From the NCBI GenBank assembly GCA_016195295.1, contig JACPZV010000102.1, positions 1-32,214 of the forward strand: a DNA stretch of 32,214 nt, read 5' to 3'. How positions within the stretch are numbered: position 1 is the first letter of the stretch; every line of letters begins with the position of its first letter. A program made the position numbers and the translations under genes. Below, piece by piece: positions 18,011-23,727 of the stretch. The notes under the pieces are model-generated. The model saw only the letters and a program-made list of their open reading frames with translations, was not told where the DNA came from and made no database searches. This stretch comes from Acidobacteriota bacterium (GTDB lineage Bacteria > Acidobacteriota > Vicinamibacteria > Vicinamibacterales > CAVVIG01).

Positions 18011-18613
18011 GTCGAACGTTCCTTTGAGTGTGTGCCTGAACAGGATCCGTTCTTCGCAGGCCCTTCAGGCCCGAGGACAACCGAGCCCGAATTCTACGCC
18101 ACGCCGAGCAATAAAGTTGCAAAACTGCCGAAGGCCGTCACGCCGCAGTGCCGCGGGGACGGGGTAAAGGCGCAAGGGGCAACAGGTGTTTTCGGAGAAC
18201 TGCTGGCGGCGTGTCTCGTCGGGTAAGGCATCACCCAGCGTTGGCGACGCCGCCTGGGCGATGCGCGGCGCAGGCCGGCTCGGATGGATCTGCCCTTCGC
18301 GACATACCGTTATCCAGCCAACGACCTGCGACCTCTTCTCAGAAACCAGCCCGCGCGCGACGTTGAGGAAGTGGTATGGTGGGCGTCATGATCCACCAAA
18401 TCGCACCGCAGTTCGTCTCGACGGGGATGAATGCGACGCTCGCGTGATTACGGGGCCAAACTTCGGCTTCCACCGCTCGCGGGCTGGGGCGGCGCGGCCG
18501 GATCAATTTACCTGCATTCGGTGTGGGGCTCGCTCTGATGGAGGATCCTACAGCTGGGAGCTCCGTCTCTAGCGGAATCTGCTGCAGGTCACACAAACGT
18601 ACGGAGAACGAAG

Positions 18614-19201
18614 ATGGTGAAAGCATTGAAGATTGGCTTGCTGGTCGTCGGAGCCCTCGTGGTCGTGACACTCTTGACGCTGCGCGTGACCGGCCTTGAG
18701 CCCGCATACGTCGATCCCAGTAGCGAAGAGTTCGTCAAAAGCGGCCGGACCACCAGGCCGGGATTGTGGCTGACAGGGGAAGTCGTCCATGAGCCCGTGA
18801 CCAATATCGGGCGTGGCGACAAACTCTACGTGCAGGGAAGCGAAAGAGATTTCAGATTGCAAAAGAAGTTCCCCTATTCCAAGGCGTGGTGGGCCAACGT
18901 CGAGCGCGATCCGCGCGTGCGCATGAAGATCGGCGGAAAAATCTACGAAATGACGCTCGTATTGATCCACGATCGCGCCGAGGTTGCACAATTGCAAAGA
19001 GGGAGAGACCCCGTCACGAAAGAGATTGGTGCCGACGGGAAAGAACACGTCACACAGGTGGCGCACTGGTGGCGCGTTTACCAGCGAAACGTTCCGGAAT
19101 ATGGGAACGGGTCGGCGGTTGCGGCATCCGATAAGGCGAATTCACAAGAAGGGCGCCGCAGTGGCGAAGGCGCGGCTGAACGCCCGGCCGAGCGTCCCTA
19201 A
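18614..19201 (+). CDS. Hypothetical membrane-anchored protein with a possible distant split-beta-barrel (PNPOx/DUF385-like) core
   Basis: GGAGA lies 7 nt upstream of the ATG, and there is an N-terminal transmembrane helix. WWANVERDPRVRMKIGGKIYEMTLVLIHDRAE resembles the NL..NP.V.V..gg..y motif of DUF385/PNPOx-like proteins (weak). By eye, GC3 is lower than in the surrounding genes. Confidence 0.65.
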   Translation: MVKALKIGLLVVGALVVVTLLTLRVTGLEPAYVDPSSEEFVKSGRTTRPGLWLTGEVVHEPVTNIGRGDKLYVQGSERDFRLQKKFPYSKAWWANVERDPRVRMKIGGKIYEMTLVLIHDRAEVAQLQRGRDPVTKEIGADGKEHVTQVAHWWRVYQRNVPEYGNGSAVAASDKANSQEGRRSGEGAAERPAERP

Positions 19202-19292
19202 CTCGCACGCCAGACAACGTACAAACAAACGTTCGGGCAGGCGCGTAGACGCGCTGCGGCGAGGTTTTACGACCAATCTTGGCCTTTCAGGA

Positions 19293-19307
19293 AGGGGGCG
19301 GCCCCCT
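19293..19307. terminator. Short GC hairpin AGGGGGC-G-GCCCCCT, about 90 nt downstream of the 18614..19201 gene
   Basis: Perfect palindrome with no U-tract. It is preceded by GCCTTTCAGG, the loop 10-mer of REP family 2. Confidence 0.25.
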
Positions 19308-19457
19308 CTCGTCAGCGATACCTGAACAGTGCCCTCAGTAATGATCAACGCCGTGCTGGCGACCCACGGAGCCAGGCGGACCGCCCAACGGTAGGCGACC
19401 AGTCAGGACCATCCGCCGGTGTGAAGTGTGTAGCGTGCGTTCGCCGGTTTCACGAAC

Positions 19458-19937
19458 ATGTCGTGGCGCGGTCATCGCTCCATACCCTGCCGTTCCAACT
19501 CTGCCCACCTGGACAGCCAAAGCGCGCACCGAGAACCCGCCGGCCTCGGCGAGCGCGTGGTGGCGATCAAGAAGGCGTGGGAAACGACTGTCCTCCGGGC
19601 GCACGGCCATGAGCCCGCATGGGTACGCGGGGCGCTGTCGGCAGCGTCGCGGGCGCAGTTGGCGGCGGTGAATCTGCACTTTCATGATCTCCGGCACGAG
19701 GCCGGGTGCCGCTGGCTGGAGCAGGGCTGTCCGATCCATCATGTGCAGGAGATGTTGGGGCATGTGAATCTCTCGCAGACGAGCACGTACTTGCACGCCT
19801 TCGAGATGGGCTTGCAGGAGTCGATGCGCCGGTTCGAGGCCGCGCGTGGCAAGCCGGTGGCAAACGAGGGGCAGAGAGAGCATCCGCCTCTTGGTCACGA
19901 GGAGTCACAGGAGACGGACAAAGGCACGTTACACTAA
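19458..19937 (+). pseudogene. Tyrosine recombinase (phage-type integrase) remnant; only the C-terminal catalytic part is present
   Basis: From about 19548: GERVVAIKKAWETTVLRAHGHEPAW...NLHFHDLRHEAGCRWLEQGCPIHHVQEMLGHVNLSQTSTYLHA. This contains HxxR, LGH and the catalytic Tyr region. The N-terminal SAM-like domain and the box I arginine are absent. Upstream sequence shows only frame-broken traces. Confidence 0.75.
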
Positions 19938-19954
19938 GAACTGCGGTACGATAG

Positions 19955-20030
19955 GCGCCCGTAGCTCAGCGGATAGAGCACCCGCCTCCTAAGCGGGGGG
20001 CCGCCGGTTCAATTCCGGCCGGGCGCGCCA
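19955..20030 (+). tRNA. tRNA-Arg (anticodon CCT), CCA encoded
   Basis: Manual cloverleaf. Acceptor stem GCGCCCG/CGGGCGC, D arm GCTC-AGCGGATA-GAGC. Anticodon arm CCCGC-CTCCTAA-GCGGG. Variable loop GGGCC, T arm GCCGG-TTCAATT-CCGGC, then discriminator G and CCA. Confidence 0.92.
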
Positions 20031-20037
20031 ACACAAG

Positions 20038-20072
20038 AGTCGTCAGTCGTCAGTCATCAGTCGTTGGTCGGG
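20038..20072 (+). repeat. Tandem heptamer array (AGTCGTC AGTCGTC AGTCATC AGTCGTT GGTCGGG) between the tRNA and the next ATG
   Basis: Five in-phase 7-nt units. It shares the 12-mer GTCGTTGGTCGG with the array at 23672-23727. Confidence 0.75.
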
Positions 20073-20077
20073 AAATC

Positions 20078-20803
20078 ATGAAGAGAACAGAACGGCAGCA
20101 CCTGAAGGAAAACGAAGTCCAGAATTTCGTGCGCGTGGCGCGCGAGCTGTACGAGTCGCGTCGAAACGAGAGCACGCTGATCATCGCGTTCGCCCTGGCG
20201 GCCGGCGTCGCGGCGCTCGGCTACTACGGGTGGCGCGAGCACGTGCAGTCGAGGGCGACGACGCTGTTGGCCGAAGCGATGACGGTACAGGACGCGCGCA
20301 TCGGACCGCCGCCGGCGCCCGGGACGCCGGCCAGCGGCCTCTACTTTCCGACCGAGCGCGAGCGCGCGCAGGCGGCGTTGACGAAATTCAAAATCGCCGC
20401 CGACGCGTATCCGTCCTCCGACGCCGGCATCTACGCACGCTTTCAACTGGCCGCCACCTACATGGCGCTCGGCACCCCCGCGCAGGCCGCCGCCGCCTAT
20501 CAAGAGGTGATCGCGAAGGCGGGCACCAGCATCTACGGTCAGATGGCACGGCTCGGTCTGGCCGGGGCGCAGGCGCGCGCGGGTCAGTACGATCAAGCCA
20601 TCAGCGCCTACAAGGATCTCGCGGAGCGCAGGGACGGCCCGCTGCCCGTGGACGGCATCCTGATGCAGCTCGGCCGCGCCTATCTGGACGCCGGCAAGCG
20701 TACCGAAGCGCAACAAACCTTCAATCGTGTCGTGGAAGAGTTTCCGGAATCGCCGTTCAACGGCGACGCGCGGAAAGAGTTGGACAACCTGAAGAAGACC
20801 TGA
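20078..20803 (+). CDS. Membrane-anchored TPR-like protein (YfgM/UPF0070-like)
   Basis: 241 aa with one transmembrane helix (LIIAFALAAGVAALGYY). Ala-rich TPR-like helical repeats follow (YARFQLAATYMALG, AAAAYQEVIA, AISAYKDLA, LGRAYLDAGKRTEAQQTF). Confidence 0.75.
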   Translation: MKRTERQHLKENEVQNFVRVARELYESRRNESTLIIAFALAAGVAALGYYGWREHVQSRATTLLAEAMTVQDARIGPPPAPGTPASGLYFPTERERAQAALTKFKIAADAYPSSDAGIYARFQLAATYMALGTPAQAAAAYQEVIAKAGTSIYGQMARLGLAGAQARAGQYDQAISAYKDLAERRDGPLPVDGILMQLGRAYLDAGKRTEAQQTFNRVVEEFPESPFNGDARKELDNLKKT

Positions 20804-20812
20804 AGCGCCGCG

Positions 20813-21821
20813 CTACACGGTCCCGCGCGGCTCCTGCTGCGTCAGGCAGTGGAGCGTGCCGAGCCCCCACGCCAGATCGACGGCATGGATGCCGACGATC
20901 TGGTGACGCGGCATCAGCTCCGCGAGCAGATTCAACGCCACACGATCGTTCGGGTCGTTGAACGTCGGCACGATCACCACGCCGTTGGCGAAGTAGAAAT
21001 TGGCGTAGCTCGCGGGGAGCCGCTCGCCCGCCATGATCACCCGTCGCGGATACGGCAGGCGGACGATCCGCAGCGGCCCCACCCCGGGATCGCGTGCCGC
21101 CGCTTCGAGTCTTCGCAGGTTGTCGATCGACTTGGCGTGATTGTCGTCGGCCGGATCGTCTTCGACCGCGAGGACGACAACATCGGGGGCCACGAAGCGC
21201 GCGATGTCGTCGACGTGGCCGTGCGTGTCGTCGCCGACGCATCCCTCGCCGAGCCAAATCGTGCGACGGACGCCAAGCCAGTCGCGGAAAACTTGCTCGT
21301 ACGCCTCGCGCGGCATTCCCGGATTCCTGGATCCCACCGCCTTCGAGCACGACGCGCTCGCCGGTGTCCGGGCGGCGAGGCTCGAGACGAGGCAGTCCCG
21401 CGAGGCCGGCGATCGCGCGGCCGACGTTCGCGTCCTGCTCCCAGTTCGAGTATTTCGCCCAGCCATTGAATCCCCAGTGCGCGAACGACACCGCGTCGTC
21501 TGCGCCGACGATGCCCGTGGGCGCGCTGTCTCGGAGCCACGTGCGATCGAGGGGGACGACGTGCAGGCGGACGCGGTCGGTACGCACCGCGTGCGACGCG
21601 AGAATCTTCTCCGCGCCGGCCCGCACATCGGCCGACTGGCAGAGGATCTCGACCGGCTCGGCGCACGCCAGGACGCGCGCGATCTCGGCGTACACCCACG
21701 GAATCGGTTCCAGCTTGCCGGGCCAATCCGGCTCGAAGTGCGGCCACGCAATCCACGTGGCGCGGTGCGGTTCCCATTCAGCCGGCATCCGCCAGCGGGG
21801 CGTCTGAACGACAGCGGTCAT
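20813..21821 (-). pseudogene. aguA: Agmatine deiminase, out of frame, with about 19 conserved residues apparently missing at about 21329
   Basis: The N-terminal part MTAVVQTPRWRMPAEWEPH...VVLEGGGI ends at 21330. The C-terminal part RNPGMPREAYEQVFRDWLGVRRTIWLGEG..GDDTHGHVDDIARFV...GLGTLHCLTQQEP is in another frame from 21328. Family members carry about 19 aa between EGGSI and RNP (xVDGEGTLLTTEECLLN..). The span is 1009 nt, not a multiple of 3. Confidence 0.85.
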
Positions 21822-22705
21822 CAGGCGAGGTAGCGGTTGAGGATGGGGCCGTAAACGTCGATGCGCCGATCGCGCAGGAAGGGCCAGTTGCGTCGCGCCG
21901 TCTCGATGACCGCCGGATCGCAGCGCGCGATCAAGATCTCTTCGGCTTCGCCGGCGTCGGCGACGTACCGTCCGTACGGATCGGCGATGAACGAGTGACC
22001 GAAGAAGTCGAGCCCATCGGTTCCGGGCTCGTCCTCGTGGCCGATGCGATTGGGCGCCGCGACGTAGAGGCCGTTCGCGATCGCGTGCGCCCGCTGAATG
22101 GTCCGCCATGCGTCGACCTGCGCCGCGCCCCATTCCTCGCGTTCGGACGGATGCCAGCCAATCGCCGTCGGATAGAAGAGCACTTGCGCGCCAAGCAGGC
22201 TGGTGATGCGCGCGGCTTCCGGATACCACTGGTCCCAGCAGATCAACACGCCGATGGTCGCGTAGCGCGTCTGCCAGACCCTGAACCCCGGCGCGTCGCC
22301 GGGCGTGAAGTAGTACTTTTCGTTGAACAACGGGTCGTCCGGGATGTGCATCTTCCGATACGCGCCGAGCAGACGGCCGTCGGCGTCGATCACGGCCGCG
22401 GCGTTGCGGTACACCCCGGGACCCTGCCGCTCGAAGAGCGGCACGATCAGCACGACGGCGAGTTCCTCGGCCAGCCGCTGCATGACGGCGGTCGTCGGTC
22501 CGGGGATCGGCTCGGCGAGATCGAAGCGCTCGGCCCGCTGCGACTTGCAAAAATACGGCGCGTTGAAAAGTTCCTTCAGGCAGAGGATCTGCGCGCCGCG
22601 TTGGGCCGCCTCTCGGATCAATCGCGCCGCGCGCGCGACGTTGGCGGCCGGATCGCTGCCCGCCGCGTCCTGAATCACACCGATCGTGAACGGGTCATTG
22701 ATCAT
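21821..22705 (-). CDS. aguB: N-carbamoylputrescine amidohydrolase (CN-hydrolase family)
   Basis: Glu-Lys-Cys triad contexts CLKELF, YRKMHIP and LICWDQWYPE are present. The protein is 294 aa and appears intact. Its ATG overlaps the stop of the deoxyhypusine-synthase-like gene (ATGA), and its TGA overlaps the aguA ATG. Confidence 0.9.
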   Translation of the reverse strand: MINDPFTIGVIQDAAGSDPAANVARAARLIREAAQRGAQILCLKELFNAPYFCKSQRAERFDLAEPIPGPTTAVMQRLAEELAVVLIVPLFERQGPGVYRNAAAVIDADGRLLGAYRKMHIPDDPLFNEKYYFTPGDAPGFRVWQTRYATIGVLICWDQWYPEAARITSLLGAQVLFYPTAIGWHPSEREEWGAAQVDAWRTIQRAHAIANGLYVAAPNRIGHEDEPGTDGLDFFGHSFIADPYGRYVADAGEAEEILIARCDPAVIETARRNWPFLRDRRIDVYGPILNRYLA

Positions 22706-23657
22706 CGGGCGTCATCGAGGAAACGCTCGCTCGGAACCGTCCGGCCGTCGATCGTCATCGGTCCGGGTTCCATGGTGAAGGTGGGCCTCTTCCGTTTCGC
22801 GAGCAGGCCCGCGCTGCTCGTCGCCAACGCCGTGGCCAGCATCGGCAGCGCGATCGTCGCGTCGGCTTGCACCGACACGCGGGGGGAATCGGTGGCCAGT
22901 TTGCCCCAGCTCTGCGGATGAAGTTCTTCGGCGTGCCGCCGCCGAGGACGACCGACGCGGTCCGCGGCCGGCGGATGATGAGGTTCGCCGACTCGACGAT
23001 GTCGCCGATGATGTCGATGTGGCCGGCGCCCGGCGTCTTCTGGCGGGCTTGGGACAGTCCCATGCCGATCGACGAATCGGCGATCGCGGGACAGAAGATC
23101 GGGACCTTCGCGCGATACGCGGCCGTCAGGATGCCTTCACGCCCGGTGGTCTTCCACAAATGTCCGCCGAGCAGGTACAAGATCTCGCGCGACGTGTACG
23201 GACGTTTCTCGAGCGTCGACGCGAAGTCGGCGATCCAATTGTCGTTCGAGATGAACTCTTCCTCGCTGGCGTAGGTGTCGTAGACGCGGTCGATGCGATC
23301 CTTGGCCAGCGCCGTATCGTCTGCGTATGGCGAGCCGAGGTAGTGACGCCGCCCGCGGGTCTCGTGCAGATCGTGATACAGGTTCGCGCCGGTGGAGACG
23401 AGGCAGTCGACGTACCGATTCAGAATCAGGTGCGCCACGACCAGTCGCAGCCCCCCGGCCGAGAGCGCGCCCGCCATGCCCATGAAGATCGTCACATCGT
23501 CGCGCAGCATCTTCTGCCAGACGCGATGCGCGGTCGCGAGATTGCGCCCTTGAAACGAGATGCGCTCCATGCGCGCGATCACCTGCTCGGCTGTGAGGCC
23601 GGCCTCGACGACGAACGGCTCGATCGGCGTCTGCAGGAAGCGCGATTTTTTCTTCAT
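22702..23657 (-). pseudogene. Deoxyhypusine synthase-like protein (bacterial homospermidine-synthase-type), out of frame, with about 30 residues apparently missing at about 22915
   Basis: MKKKSRFLQTP...STGANLYHDLHE...VVLGGGTPKNFI ends at 22917. A second frame gives QSWGKLATDSPRVSVQADATIALPMLATALA... and ends in a TGA that overlaps the aguB ATG. Family members have about 30-33 aa between GGGxxK.. and SWGK. The span is 956 nt, not a multiple of 3. Confidence 0.8.
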
Positions 23658-23666
23658 GCGCGAGAC

Positions 23667-23672
23667 ATTATA
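23667..23672 (-). promoter_or_regulatory. Exact TATAAT, 9 nt upstream of the ATG of the deoxyhypusine-synthase-like gene (near-leaderless)
   Basis: The minus strand reads AACGAC-TATAAT-GTCTCGCGC-ATG, with no Shine-Dalgarno sequence. Confidence 0.45.
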
Positions 23673-23727
23673 GTCGTTAGTCGTCGGTCGTTGGTCGGCG
23701 GTTGGTAACGACTCGCGACTCACGACT
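23672..23727. repeat. Inverted heptamer arrays: 5 x (A/G)GT(C/T)G(T/G)N units followed by 3 x NNCGACT units, forming a 21-bp imperfect hairpin
   Basis: 23672-23692 pairs with 23707-23727 at 17 of 21 positions, with a 14-nt loop. The structure starts at the TAG of the upstream outer-membrane gene and ends in the TATAAT box. Confidence 0.75.

Noticed and set aside
18490-18510. Possible att-site remnant: the reverse complement of ggcgcggccggatcaatt resembles the tRNA-Arg T-arm and acceptor 3' end
   Set aside because: The match is short and gapped, and it is dominated by the self-complementary CCGGCC. It is also in inverted rather than direct orientation. That is not enough to call an attachment site.
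19238-19260. GCGCGT-AG-ACGCGC palindrome containing GTAG, as another REP copy
   Set aside because: The GTAG sits in the loop rather than 5' of the stem, and the stem sequence is unrelated to either repeat family.
19947-19952. TACGAT as a -10 box for the tRNA-Arg gene
   Set aside because: It ends only 2 nt before the mature 5' end, so the predicted transcription start would fall inside the tRNA. The hexamer is also only a 4/6 match.
21326-21335. BamHI site (GGATCC) exactly at the aguA deletion junction, and a BssHII-like GCGCGC at the PQQ dehydrogenase frame break, as hints of engineering
   Set aside because: Six-base GC-rich palindromes are expected by chance in this composition. The other junctions carry no restriction sites and no vector-like sequence is present.
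20757-22550. 597-aa ORF spanning aguA and aguB on the minus strand
   Set aside because: Only its middle part (MTAVVQTPRWRMPAEWEPH...LEGGGI) is genuine aguA sequence. The remainder is off-frame read-through of aguB and of the aguA 3' half.
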